Assembly (NCBI GenBank): GCA_002633005.1
Contig: NMRA01000161.1
Span: forward strand, 262,101-326,100
Direction: 5' to 3'
Length of the DNA: 64,000 bases
Origin: Phoronis australis
Lineage: Eukaryota > Animalia > Phoronida
Shown: piece by piece, positions 26,510 through 40,303 of the stretch
How the letters are laid out: each line of letters opens with the position of its first letter
Numbering within the stretch: position 1 is the stretch's first letter
Program-made: the position numbers and the translations under genes
The notes under the pieces: model-generated
Databases searched by the model: none
What the model was told of the DNA's origin: nothing
The model's input: the letters and a program-made list of their open reading frames with translations, nothing else

Positions 26510-29500
26510 CTGATGGTGAAATGGCTTGCAACCGTGCCAACTGAATCTGAGATTGCGTGAAAAGGGTGCTTCTACGACAGGATATAAGCATGACCTTATA
26601 CAAAGGTAAGGTTTGTGATTATTTTAACAATTATTAATGTTTATTCTACTGATGACTGTTAAATGAGGTACTCGCCAATGTAAACTTCGCGGGAGTCGCC
26701 AGTCGGGTTAATCTTTGCTGTGATGTGTGCTACGATACTCACTCGGGATCTTTTCGTGTATCAAAGCAGTATTATTAATGTTCGGAAGTATTTCTAACAG
26801 GTATATCAGTGACAGTTACATCAATCAATGCTGAATGTTTATGCTGTCAACTCGATATTCGTTAGTGAGGTAAGATTACAACTCAAGCACCGTGACAAAT
26901 ATCCTTTAGACTGTTTGCTTTCTCCCTATCTTATGTCGTCTGGAAATATATTACACGTTGACTTGGGAATATATCATGTCACCTGACCTTTAGTTTTTAT
27001 GTTTGAGGGCTAGTACCGTGCAGAGGAGATTTGCATCGCTTCTGCAACGGTCCCTGAATGGACAAAAGTTGATTTTAAGCAGTTGACTGCAGGTAGCTGA
27101 CCAGCAAGTCTTCCTATTCATTCATCTGTTGTCAAGGCCTACTTTTTATATCGGAGACAAAGAACAAAGCCTTTGAAAAGGGAGAGCTATTTCTAAAGAA
27201 AGTTGTGCGAGTTGTTTTGTTAATTTAGTTATTCGTGTCCTTAGCGTGAGGTTGGCATAGGGGGTTGAGGTTGTAAAATTTGGTGCGACTGAATGTGTGG
27301 AAATAACAAGTAATAGTGTTTTGCTATTCATTGTAAACCCAAAAAAAAAGTTACATTCTCCGATTTTTCAATTACTGAATAGTCTTAACTCATGCCTTGA
27401 AATGTTGCAAGTAGTTTATAAATTCATATGACTGTCATTTTTGCGAAAATTGCATTTTCGCTGTGAACATAAGAGTGAGGTCGTATTTGAACATATTATT
27501 CTTACTGCTAATACGGAAACAATGGTGCCTTAGCATTTTTAATTACTCTCACAACAAAGATTATCCATCATTTTTAAATGGCCCAAGACTTTATATCCTC
27601 TATCAGAAGAAAAAAAATTTAGTAAAGGTTCCCTCAGCCTTAGATGACACGGGTGCTTGACAGACTCATGAATCTGTAATCGGTGTTTAAAATTGCTGAA
27701 ATTATCCAAAATCAAAAGGCTTGAACATGAGTAACAAAGGTTTGAAGCTATCTCAAATAACTTGCTTATTTTACAGACAAGTGATGCGTTTAAAGAAATT
27801 GAAAAATAAAGACTCGGTTTTATACAATACTTAGTTTATACACCCTTGCTTTCTGAAAATAGCAATTAATTAATTTTGTGTGAAATTGTAGAGCATTTTC
27901 CATGTCATATTTTTGAAAAACAGGGGTGGCATTTTTTACCCAACCTGAAGTACTTAATTTTTCAGGTTTCAATATGTGCGTTGACCGCGAATTTGTTGCG
28001 ATCTCGCTGGAGGACGAAACCGTGAATGGTACTGGACGAAAGATTAATTACTAATGGTTTGTTGAAACCTTGTTTTGTGAAAATTTGTTGAGTTTTGTGT
28101 TTGATATGGAATGCTGAAGAGAAGCACCCGTGGAATTTCTAGTCAGGAGTGTCATACCTTGTAATATTATATAGTGTTTTGGGGACGATCAGAAGCTGAG
28201 GACGCCTGTGAGCAAGACTACGTATTTTGATAACAATTCCGTCTTTTTACTAGCTCTTTACATGCAGACAGCGACGCATGCGCAATTCAATCACCACTAG
28301 TACAGCAGCGACACCGCGAGGAGAATTCGTCAAAGAGCCCATTCTGTGTTTGTGATACATGACAATGAACACCTGATGCCAATATGGCAAACAAAAGAAG
28401 ACCTGTCTGTTATGTAGCTACAGCTAACACTTACGTCCGCACACACTGGTTAATAGTACTGATTGTGACATCGTTACCAACTACAATTGCATAGTCTCCA
28501 GTAGTTATCAAAATTTATGTATTAGCAAGTGTGACTTCAATTCGCATCTAACACAAAAATACTTGGTAGTTGCTAACCTTTTAAGTTTATAAATTGTTAC
28601 TATAATTTTTGTTTTAAATGACTATGCTCCATCGTCATTTTAGTACACGGGGTAAAAAGATGAATTTCGGCACAAGTCGCCACTATTCTTTGACATGTCT
28701 GCCTTTTTTGAAAAGGAACGGACGTTGTTGTACTTAGTTTCATTTTTGCACTTCTAGTGAATGAGTAGAATGAAAACACTATGAGAGTGACCTAAACACG
28801 GGGGCACAATGTACGACATGATAAATTTTAGAACTATTTTTGATTGGCAAACTCGATCATGCGATCTAATTAAGTCGAGGCTAACAAGCCAAAAAGTGTG
28901 TAAAGAAATAAAAATCTCAGAGCATTTGGAGCAGTCGACAACGCGACAAAATAGCTTGCCATAATGCGGCCTTAACTGAGTGCTTTACAATCCAGTAAAT
29001 AACAGTGCTGAGTTGAACATGAAAATTCTCATGTTATTTAAACGTGAGATAAACGAAAACGAAATTTAAACTGTTGGTAACCATCATACAACTAGTTATT
29101 GGCAAAGAAATGATGACCATTACAGTTTGATAGCGAACAGTAGAAAGAGAACTGAATTAGGCCGCGCATTAGAACTAATACGTTTTAGCTTAATTCATTT
29201 AAATCTTTTTATAAGAGTTGAACTATTTCTTGCGATCGATAAAACCCGTACAAACCGAACCTTAAAGGATGTCAAACAAGTGACAGGAACAAAATTGGTG
29301 ACGAGCAGGGGCGGTACGACCGAGTGGCTGCGCGACGACCAACCAAACAGCTGGCAATCAGGGGTGGAGGGCGGTCCTCTTCCGATTTGGGTTGGGATAA
29401 TCCTAGCTGGCTATTTACATCATGACGTAACTATTCGAATGCACTTTGAAAATTCAAAATCCGGGCTTCAACACTGAAACGCCTATCGAGCCATTTCAAC

Positions 29501-30224
29501 TCTTTACACACTAAGGTCTATATGTACATGTAGCTGTTTACCAGAATCACTTGAAGATATCCGTTCACGTTGCAACCCGTACACTAGTGCACCAAGTAAT
29601 AACCACGTTTACGAGTTCCTTGTTGAAATATTCCTTAGTGGTCAACAACTTGTTGAATCAAAAACTAGACTGGTGAAACGCTAGACCTGAAAGATCCCAA
29701 TGAAAATCATTGGCGTGATAGGACCCGACATCTGCATAGGGCCTATTTGTTAAGGATGTCCTCAATCCTAGAACACTTCAATCAGTGACTCGTCAACTGA
29801 GTAGAGATGTAAATGGATCTCTACTGTGCCGTTGTTCATGTGACAAAAGTCAAGTGCACTGGGTTCTCAATTATTGTACTTATTACATTTTAGACACTCA
29901 AACACTGAAGCACTGCGATATCTAGAGATCTCCAACCACAACTAAAAAAGCGAGCATAACTTAATCATCGCGCACCACATTTACTATTTGTCAAATGAAT
30001 TTTGTAAACGCAGACCATAGTATTATTTTGCGTTTGTAAGGAGTGTGCGCGTGTGTGCCGCGGGGATAACTCACATACAAAAATATAGGACATATATAAC
30101 AACTCAATTGTATACCCAAGAAATTTGAGATACCCACCTCTTCGGGTGCCTTGTATGCCAATCCCCACTATCTTGGTGAGCCCATTATTCAGTGTTCAAA
30201 GTTGTTTCATGGCTATTTCAGTAT

Positions 30225-33200
30225 TCGTCTAGACGCATTTCCTGAAAAGAGCCCTGTATAAGGTTCTAGAAGCATTTTCTAGCAAAAGTTGGGAATAAGA
30301 ATTTTTACCCAGTCAAGGTATCGCAAATTCAACTAACCTTGTTCCCAAGCCGAAATTTGCATGCTTGACCATCTAATTAGCATAAAGAAAATGGCGGCCA
30401 AATTGTCAAGTTCAGATGAATTTTTGCTATAGAAATCTCAATATGTACCATTTAAAATGGTGAAATGTCTCACCTCTACACTTCTTATAAATACTTCTTG
30501 AGCGATACATCACTTATGAAAACTAAAAAATGCAACTCTAAAAACTTGAAAAATGAGGTTTTATATTTGTATTTTCATGGTCAACAAACATGCTAAGGTC
30601 ATTTTTGAAGCAATTTATTTCGTATTTATTGGGTTATAGATGTATATTTACGGAATGTGGACAAATAATCGTTACTCTGCAATGCTCGTTGAGCAAGGTG
30701 TCACTATTTTGGCGGAACTTAAGGACAAATGTTCACACTATCCCGTTATCTTCCATTGATTTCTTAAAAAATCAATATAGTTTTTGTTATTGAAGACATT
30801 AGATTCTCAGCTGCATGAATTGTTCTCAGGCCTGCTGAACACAGTTTTAGCATTCACTTTTGGTACTTTTTACCATGCCTGAAGCCAGGAAAATCAAACT
30901 GTTTACATACAAAGAATCTGATCACCAATGTGCTACTGACATGTGCATACTGATATGCATCTAAGTCCAGATTTCCTGTATTTGCATTGTCTACTGTTGC
31001 GTAGTTTCTGGCATACACACAATACCATCTCTAGCAGCTGTCTGGGATAGAACTCTGTCATCAGTATAGGCTGCAAGCATAGTTTTGTGTGTATCCCTCC
31101 CAATCAGCGGGTGCTTGGAGCTCAGGTATGGAACAATGATCATTTTGCCATATCTTGACCTGATAGTGCACTCTCATCAGACGGAAACGGCGGGCATTAT
31201 GCGTTAGGGAAAGGACTTGTGGGTTCACGGGCTTGGAGAATAGTAAATGGCGTGCTACATCTACAGGTCTTTTCTGATCGTGCTGTATATTCTGCAAACA
31301 AATACTTCTGAAGACGTCATAATTTTCTCAATGAGTTCACCAATTCACAGGTTCTTAAGCAATCTGTGGTGCTCTAGGAACACCTTCCATGATGATTTTT
31401 CATGTGATTGAATACATGTAAGTACGAGTTGGTGCCAAACCCGGTCACGGCATGAAAAGCAAACGAGGATGTTGCTGAGCATTGTAGTAGTTTGTTGAAA
31501 AGTGCTTCAATAGGTATATATCGTCGTTTCTTTGATGTACCTGACATCGTTCAGATATGATCACATTGCATTTGTTGGAAGTGCGATACCAGAAGCAGTA
31601 GAACATCGGGTATCCCTGGAATACACGACTGACTGTGGACAGCATGCAGTATCAATCTTGCATCTGGTTCTTCATGTGTGGATTTCAGAGTCCTCAAATC
31701 AGTCGTATCCTTAGATGATTTAATTGACTTCCAGCTCATCGTTGAACCCTCCTGCAACCATAACCTTTTATATTCAGGCTTCTACGAACACAGTTCCTCT
31801 AACAAGAAATGTGTTAGGTCTGCTTTATTCTCAGCCAGTGCCCGAAACTTTGACTAATTGAGAAAGAGGTACATCACTACCTTCCAAAAATCACCTGATT
31901 TGCCAAGTCCCTTTACTGCGCTGTTTTCTTGGATTGTCCTTCATTGTTTCTTGTCTGTATCTGCCAAGTACAATATCAATTTTATGATATCAAAATCCTG
32001 TGTTTAGCACTGTTTTCATGAATGAATCAGCCAGGTTTTCGAAGGTCACATCACCTTCAGGCTTCCCAAGAGCTACCAGCAATGCTTTGCCATCAATAAT
32101 GAGGCAAGCAGACGTGTCGTGGAGTTGAATTGTTTCAGGACAGTCGATGTGTTAACTATTAATACTTCGGTAAGTGAAGATTTATCTCCAGTGCGCAATG
32201 TGCCACTCTTTTCTGCAAGAAAACATGGACGGGAAGAAGCTCGCGTTTGAGCACAGACGGCAAATAAACTGGGCGACCCGCCTCATAAGCCGTAGCTACA
32301 CAGCGAAGTATATCCCTGTCTGCCCTTAGAACTATTTTTGTCTTTGTCTTTGTTTTATTTAACCTCATCATATAAGTTGGCAAATGTTGGGACATTATTT
32401 TTGCGCAAAGGCGCATGAATTGACATGTCGGAATTATTGCATTGCTCAGTTATAATGTAATTTTTTTAATTTGTTCGTGTCCAAGTTCTTTGGCATGCAA
32501 AAGTGACTCTTGGATTGGTGCTGCTGCTAGGGTTTTTGTTACAAGGCTTTGCAGCAGCTCAGGCCTTGCGGACGAGAAGACCTTCAGTCCATGGAAAGTG
32601 TAAAGAAGGGAACTCTCGACATTATTTTGGCTCAGTTGCCTGGCATTCTTGGCTTCGTTGTGAAATTACATATATGTACTCCCATAGCGGTAAGTTTGTT
32701 CATCTATATGATTAAATGAGAATGTCCACCTCCATAGAGCTGACGTGGTTTTGGTATTACCGATGATGCCACCTCCGTTTTGCCTGCCCCATTTACCCAT
32801 TGGTCAGCATCTACCTGACAGAGCATACACGTATGAGGAGATCGCTTGACTACAAAATTTCCTGCTTGAAACTCTGACCAAACAGAATGTGGAAGCTGAT
32901 GCATCTCGACTAAAAAGACCGCACCCCACTCGGGCATAATTCGGTGGGGCAGCATGAGAGTAAATGAATAGAGATGCAGTTCCAAAAATGCCATCCCGTT
33001 GAGAGCACGTGTACTTTAACAATATTGGAACCATGTCCATGTAACTCCAACACAAGCTGAAATTCACATCATCAGACCTACATGTACTGTCGACAAAATG
33101 CCCTGGAGTTTCCTGAACTTATCCTGGTTGAGAAATGGAAAAGTGAAAAACGAAAGGACCAGTTCCATAGGCCTTGACCAAGTACTGCACGCTTTATACC

Positions 33201-34036
33201 CACCTCAGCTATTCCGGAATTACTCATGTGATCTCCTTTGGCCTTGATGAAGTTAATTCAAGCGTGAAGAATCGGTAAATGAGGTACTGTGTTAACATAT
33301 TTTGGTATTCTGGGACCGACCACGTAAGCTCCATTAATCTACAGCATAGAGCTTGGTCGACTGTGAGGACGGTATGTTCCTGTCCAAAACGGTACGATAT
33401 GGCCATGCATCTCTTTAGAACAGTATTTAAAAGTCATGTTGTTATGTTTACAATGCTTTTATGTCTGATCTAAATAGTGAGATGTTGGCAAAAATGCTTT
33501 GATAATTATGGTTTCTAATTTAATTTTCAGGCTTTATTAATGAGCATTTGTAACTTAGTGAAGATGAAATACAAAGCTTCACATGTGTCAATGATTTTTC
33601 TAGACCTTCAAAACATAGGTATAGACATCTTATTTGGCATGGTTTCCTGCAAATTGATAAAGTTACACCAAAATTTGAATTTATTTTTCGGTAATGGCGG
33701 AAGCTAATTGGCATAATTTGGGAATTTAATGACTTTCATTAATATGTTGCCAAAATTAAGTGATCTAAGCACACTTACAATGTATACTATGTTTTTGTAG
33801 CAAAAATTTCCTAATTATTCGTCACATATTGTACTCCTGTTCTTACGAATGTTTCTTATCTTATTGGTTTGGCGGTCATTTTGTTTATGCAAATTAGATG
33901 GTCAGAAACTCAAAATCCAGCTTGGAAACAGGCATAATCGAAATCAGCACAGCACAATTATGCCAAAAAGATAGGTTCTCCACTTTTACTAAAAATGCCT
34001 CTAACATGCACATTTTCCAGAAATGCGTCTAGACTA
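30225..34036 (-). mobile_element. Decayed Academ (AcademX-type) DNA transposon with both TIRs
   Basis: TIRs t(c/a)gtctagacgcatttc... / ...gaaatgcgtctagacta with ~180 bp of imperfect inverted similarity and a 3-bp TSD (TAT). Frameshifted minus-strand coding remnants: GQEHTVLTVDQAL..LMEL.W, NYAR, GNFVVKRS, RADRD, HEEPDARLILHA, MRVHYQVKIW and a Cys-rich C-terminus. Confidence 0.8.
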
Positions 34037-34865
34037 TATGTTACAATTGAGAAATAAAACGATCAGAATTAATAACTGTGCATATTGCAGGCAGGTAGAA
34101 AACCTTTTACGTGACTAACATGGGATATCAAGGGACCTGTTGAACCCTGCTCGGTTCAGGCAAAACATGCAAAAATATTCCCTGTCCACGAGTTTTGATA
34201 CCCTGATGCAGTCACTTTGCCAAGATGAGTGACCCCGGAGTACGTGCGTTTGCCTTTTGAGCCTGCGGAATTTCTCTATTATTTAATGGTTTGTTCAAAA
34301 AGTTAATGACGGGTTTTTGTAAAACTTCCTGGTCGGAAATGGAGCAAGCATCAGTAGATACGATTTTGGCACGATCCTTGTACAGTTGGCGTAGGGAACA
34401 TTTTCTGCGGATTGGGGGTAGCGTCTGTTAAGTTTTTAATTTTATTTTAAACTAAAAAGTTTGCGTGTCGAAACTTTTAATGAATAATTGCTAATTCACT
34501 GATACTTATATCCTTGAACATTGGGAGGGGGCGGAAACCTATCTCCTCCCCCATCTCCAACATTTTGGTTGAGGGGCGCTCGCTCCCTCACGTCCCGCCC
34601 TCCGCTTCCTACGTTTGTTTTGTAGTCAATCTTCTTGTGCGGCATGTCACGGGTACGGCCATGCTGCTTTTCAGCGAAACCAGGTGTATTCATAATAACA
34701 ATAATACCCCTCAAAGTTAACCTTAGGTTTCCAAACTATAAGTTAAGAGGTGAAACAAAACCTTCAGCCACATGCATAACCTCTCATTATGTCTATAGCA
34801 ATCATGACTTGTAAAAGGTCTTTTAAAGTTCAAACGTATTCCTGCTGCGCAGTAATGGTAGGCCT

Positions 34866-35167
34866 CATAGGCGGATTTAAGGGGACAGGGGTCCCCCCTT
34901 GCTTGCCGCAAGCAAAATGAAACAGCAACAGTGTGAAGCGTGAGGAAATATTGAGTTCATTAAGTAGGACTGGAAGTGGATGGGGGGCTCAGACCCCAGA
35001 TCGCGGCGGAATCGTGTTCCCGTTTTTTGTTAGTCCACCGATTTTCTGAACAGAAGGTCCTCGGACCCTGCAACTTTTGGGCCGCCTGTGCACATACACT
35101 CGCGATTTGCGCAAATTCCCTTAGGCAACACGTTGCCCCTATTTATGGTATCCTAGATCCGCCACTG
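34866..35167. mobile_element. hAT-like MITE (CA.TGGCGGAT.TAGG-type ends), related to 16416-16510 (-)
   Basis: cataggcggattta...tagatccgccactg. The first ~100 bp resemble the reverse complement of 16416-16510. Confidence 0.5.
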
Positions 35168-35404
35168 GGCCTATTGTTTTGCAAACCAAGTCTCTTGGGA
35201 AAGAATGAGTCCACGCAGGACCACAAAACTTACGCGAGTGAAAAGCTGTAATGTGTTTTGTGAGTATTCATAAGACCTTACTTGCGTAACCAAGCAAAGT
35301 GGAGGTCGCTTAAGTGATTGATCGCATTTTGGAAAATTGAATGAGTACGGAATTGAAAATGTATTTTTCGCTCTAAGTGCAAGCTCATTTGGTATACGCT
35401 CGGT

Positions 35405-35680
35405 GCGATCATTCATATTGACAAGCTGCCCGCATGCATGTACCAAAAGTGTGGTTAGATGGTACTTTTCAGCAAGTTTAGCGGAATCCGCACTGGGTCC
35501 AATAGGCCAGTCCCGGCAAAAGGCCCACTCAGCCCCCCAAAAACCCACTGGCCGTCTTCCCTGCAGTGTACCTCACAAAAGGTTGTGGTATGTTAGGCAG
35601 ACCTGACACCCGCAGAAGGGGGTCTCTCAGCAATTTTTGGTACACGCTTGCGGGTACCTTGTCAATATGAGTGATCCCCC
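35405..35680. mobile_element. Degenerate MITE with ~55-bp imperfect TIRs
   Basis: gatcattcatattgacaagctgcccgcatgcatgtaccaaaa versus the reverse complement gatcactcatattgacaaggtacccgcaagcgtgtaccaaaa. Confidence 0.55.
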
Positions 35681-36814
35681 GGTGATATACGGAAGCACCC
35701 CTGGTTTGCACCACGACGCTACAAAGGAAGTGAGACAAAATTCTGTTTTATTCCTGAACTCGCAAAATGTCCAATCTCGAGTAATTGGGCCTTAAGGTAT
35801 TTAGTTTTGACATTAGTTGGACTCCGAAACAGCCAAGGTGGAAACGTTGTGGAAGTGGGTGCGACGGAGATTAATGAAAGCGACTTATTAACAAACTGAG
35901 GGAACTCCTACAATAGGTCGAATGTTTTGACGCCAACTAAGCAAATCTGAAACGTAGTGTCACATGTTTAAAGAAAGCCAAAACGGAAAAAATCCAAAAC
36001 GCTTATTTTACTACGCAGAAATAATGTCCAAAACAACTAATACAATTATTTGAATAAAATAAACCCACTAGTGTTCCATTTTCCTCCAAAAGTTACTGCA
36101 AACGAACAATTACAAATAATCACTTACACACAGAAATCATGGCATATTTCACAAAAATTAATTGTTTCGTTTCCTCCACCAGTATACGTGTGTGCATTGA
36201 AGGTGTTTTGCGACCCCTCATTGTTAACTTGTGCCAAGCAATGATCGCTTGCATTGGAAGCTTTACAAAAGGCAGGTAGAGTTGATTGTTGGCACTCGCT
36301 ACTCGTTGAATAGACCTGTGTTTACCTTCTTAAGTTGCGTTTGTCGTGACTCGTCGGTTTCCTCCTCGAAAGGTTCACTGTTGTTTTCTTCAAACATTTC
36401 CGAGTTACCTGCATGCATCTGCTCAATTTCAACCTGGTCGAGAAGTAGACAAGCGAGGCATAGTCTGCATACATCCGTGAGTATCCTACATGTATTAGTA
36501 ATCTTCGTGAGACAGAATTTTAACAGGAACCTGAAGTGTTGAAAGGTTTGCTGAAGATTTGGCACTGATGTGGGTCAAACGAATTATTGACCTATAGAAC
36601 TACTTCCACAAAACACTGACTTATTGACGAAAATTTTGGAGTTTACAATTTCAGAAATTATGGGTTTTTAACGGATCTCCTATTGAAGAAGTTAGAATAC
36701 AAACTAACATTAGTGTTTACAGATGGCGCAGGGGATTCGATTGCGTCTGCACTTGTAGCTGTAGCGCCCGTCACATCTCAGTGCGCCCTACATGTACGTG
36801 CCCATGCATGCTTG

Positions 36815-37505
36815 CAACGTGCTACATGTAGGCTATACTCGTGCTGCACTTAGGCTATAAAAAGTGTACAGCCCCAATGCCGGCCACAATATTCATCCCC
36901 AGTCGCCGCAATCTTTACATTCCCCGGTTGCGGTCTTTGGACTGCACAGGTCACTCCACAGTTTTCGCCCTATCCCATTCGCTGCCTTTTCCGCCAGTAC
37001 TTTCGCCACCGATGTCCCCCTAAAAACTGTCGATTAAAGCCCGTTTAGTAGGGCTCGATTTATTAATTACAACGGCCCGTTTTATTGGAGCACACCACTG
37101 CGGCCGGAATTTGTTATGATATTGTAATAACGAAATCAAACTATTATAACAAATCAGGTNCAACGTGCTACATGTAGGCTATACTCGTGCTGCACTTAGG
37201 CTATAAAAAGTGTACAGCCCCAATGCCGGCCACAATATTCACCCCCAGTCGCCGCAATCTTTACATCCCCCGGTTGCGGTCTTTGGACTGCACAGGTCAC
37301 TCCACACTTTTCGCCCTATCCCATTCGCTGCCTTTTCCGCCAGTACTTTCGCCACCGATGTCCCCCTAAAAACTGTCGATTAAAGCCCGTTTAGTAGGGC
37401 TCGATTTATTAATTACAACGGCCCGTTTTATTGGAGCACACCACTGCGGCCGGAATTTGTTATGATATTGTAATAACGAAATCAAACTATTATAACAAAT
37501 CAGGT
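36815..37505. other. Apparent 345-bp tandem duplication across a single-N contig join (probable artefact)
   Basis: 36815-37159 matches 37161-37505, with N at 37160. Confidence 0.8.
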
Positions 37506-38253
37506 CTCAGAAAGTCCTACATATTTAATCCCGATTTTTATGGCATACGTTCATTCGTTCGTTGGTTGCTCGGGTCAACTACAAACATATAGAAACATTC
37601 TATGGTCAAGTGAGCAATGTGTTAGCCGCTAACAAATTCCCACTATAACAGTTCAATTATTCTATACGCCGAGTACTCAAACAAACTCAAACTATACGGT
37701 AAAACGAAAAGTATTTATACAATGCGTTACAACGCTCCATAGATAATTAATTACGAGTACAACGTTCTTAAACTTCTGACATATAATGAACGTTAAGCTT
37801 TTGTAATATAATGAAACTAACTAAATAGTACTCAAGTTAGAAATGACATATGTCGAGACCGGATAAATTAAATAATTTAAGAACAGGTAAAACACTTTAA
37901 TATCCGGAAAATATTATTAAAAACACTGGCTTTCGAGCCATAAAGAGTCCTGGAAAGCAAAAACAAACCTAAATTTCACAATTGAGAGTGGTTCTCGAAT
38001 TTAAAAAAGCAATCTGTCAACAGCTCGTCACGTCGTCGATTTTTCTCCCACAAGGCAAAGCACGTCGCCTTATTTGGTATGGCAAGGCATAGACTTTGCA
38101 CCTTGCCTCTATATGGAAAATGTGACCTTTGACCTTTGAGGTAAACGAAACTGGCGACTTCAAGCAGCAGGCAATCCAAAGAGGGAAATTGATGCTAGTC
38201 CTGAGTGTTTTAAATTAGTTATTAAGGTTTTTATACTAATAATTATTACTGAA

Positions 38254-38574
38254 TTGGAGTGGTTTAGATATTTCAGTAACCTGTTTGATATTAACAGAAC
38301 AGAAGGTCGCAGTGAAACTTTTGATGACCTAGTTAGACAGACTCTTGATGAGCATGACGCAAAGTGTAGGCGTTGTAGTCACCCACAAAGTGAGCGTGAT
38401 GTAACCAGTGCCTTTGGCATGGATGAACTAAATGCCGGTATTAGCGCAGATGAAATAGTAAGGGCTACTAAGAAACAAAAGAATAATAAATCTCCCGGAG
38501 AAGACGGCATTCCGGCTGAATTCTATAAGTGCTTTCCCGAGGCCCTAGTAGAACTTCTACACAAACTTTTTTAA
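38254..38574 (+). mobile_element. LINE ORF2 fragment (region just upstream of the RT domain)
   Basis: EWFRYFSNLF...ELNAGISADEIVRATKKQKNNKSPGEDGIPAEFYK...LLHKLF. Truncated at both ends. Confidence 0.85.
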
Positions 38575-40126
38575 ATTAAGGATTCGTAGTACACAAGTAT
38601 ATTCTAAAATATGCTTCGAATTCTTTCTGGGAAATCGTTTGCTTCACTGCCGGCTTGCTTGATACTCTGCTATCTACTTCATATTCGGAGTGCGGTAACA
38701 CATGATAATCTGCTCCTTAAAGTATTCAGCTCGTCAGTCAGCTAATTGTCGGATGACTGTGATCGCATGCGTGTAAGTGGGAAGGAGATTAGAAACTCTG
38801 TGATGACCACAGAGATTTTCCTTGGCGCATATTTAAAAAAAAACCCTGAATTTTGTGATTTTTCCTGAATTTTTTTTCACAGGATTACGTGGATAACTCT
38901 GCAATATGCGCAATATGCTATTTTCGTCCTTGTTTAAAAGATATTATTGACAAGCTTTAGTGTTCCATGTCTCTTTGATTGGTGATGTTATTCAAGTGCG
39001 AAGACAAAGTGCGCGAAAGGCTTATTTATACCAACTTGTAAAAGTAAACTTTTCGCGTCAATATTAGGTTTGGCCAACCCCAATAAACTGTAAAACGTTT
39101 CCTTGAAACGCTAATGGTTTCAATGTCACCATCACGTTAAAAAATATTGTGAGCATTATGAGACCGATTTCAATAAAATAAACTGCTGATTTGATCTAAT
39201 TTTAGCCAGCTAAACAGGACAAAGTATGCCGTTAATCGATATCCGTTTTCTTCATTTCTAGGACAAGACGATTGGATTCCTATAATTGCGTGTATACGGG
39301 GACCCGTACATGTACATGTACATGTAATTGAAGGCGTTGAACATTCATAGTGTACGTTCACGTACACGTGTACGTGTAAATGTAACATAGACTCAATGAA
39401 TCTGCGTACAAATATCCTGTTTGGTTTTAAGTTGAGAATACATCCAAAGTCGCATGCAATAAAATGGTTACTAAGGCCCGTAATAAAAGTACCGCCCCGG
39501 ATTACAATAAAAGTCACCTTAATTGTTCCATAGGTAAGAAAGCGCAACATATTCATGCCTCGCTCTGGAATGTCAGGCACAATGTGTCGTAATCAACTGA
39601 GGCGTATGGCCGTAGAAATATTCCCGAATTCAACATTTTATAAGCACTGGGAGCTTAAAGAAATGAGATTCTGTACGGTTCAAAGTTAATTCGACGCAGT
39701 TGCTTCCAGTATCCACTCGGGATGCCGGGAAGGCGAAGAACTTAAGATCACGTAATCACGGGTATTTGTCATGTTTGTAGATAAGTGCAACGTTTCCCGA
39801 GGGACCGAAGTTGCAGCCCCCAGCACAGCATGCGGCAACACATAGATGGCATTGGAAGGATGAATAAAGTAATGCAGCCGAGAAAAGAATACGACGAAAA
39901 AAGAGCATATGGTTCTCCAATAGTGCGAAAAGAGTTTCCAAAATGCTTGGACGAACATTGCGGCATCTTGGGTTAACACAGCGACATTCTCGTCGCTGTG
40001 TTATGCGGGACGGCCGTACACATGCATTGTTGAACTAAAACACCGTGATAACAGCAACGACTTGTTGTAATTCGTAAATTTTCTGTTTTCAGACACACAT
40101 CATCCACTAGGATTAAACAACTCAAA

Positions 40127-40303
40127 ATGTCTTCAACATGGGACGGTATGTTCTCCGCTTTCCGCAGTAAGCCGGGACCAACAATCTACGCAAGCATACG
40201 GACCTCCGTTTCGGGCGACCCCACTCTATACGCATGCGTCACACTGACTCTCATTGTGACTGTGTCGTACTTGCTCACGATCCTAGGGCTACCAAACAAT
40301 GAG
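40127..40303 (+). CDS. DUOXA1: DUOXA-like coding exon 1
   Basis: MSSTWDGMFSAFRSKPGPTIYASIRTSVSGD...GLPNNE. Upstream acceptor ttctgttttcag, aaaATG context, donor GAG|gtgtgt. Confidence 0.88.

Noticed and set aside
36841-37369. Duplicated 60-aa ORFs
   Set aside because: Same contig-overlap pattern (N at 37160), non-ATG start and no homology.
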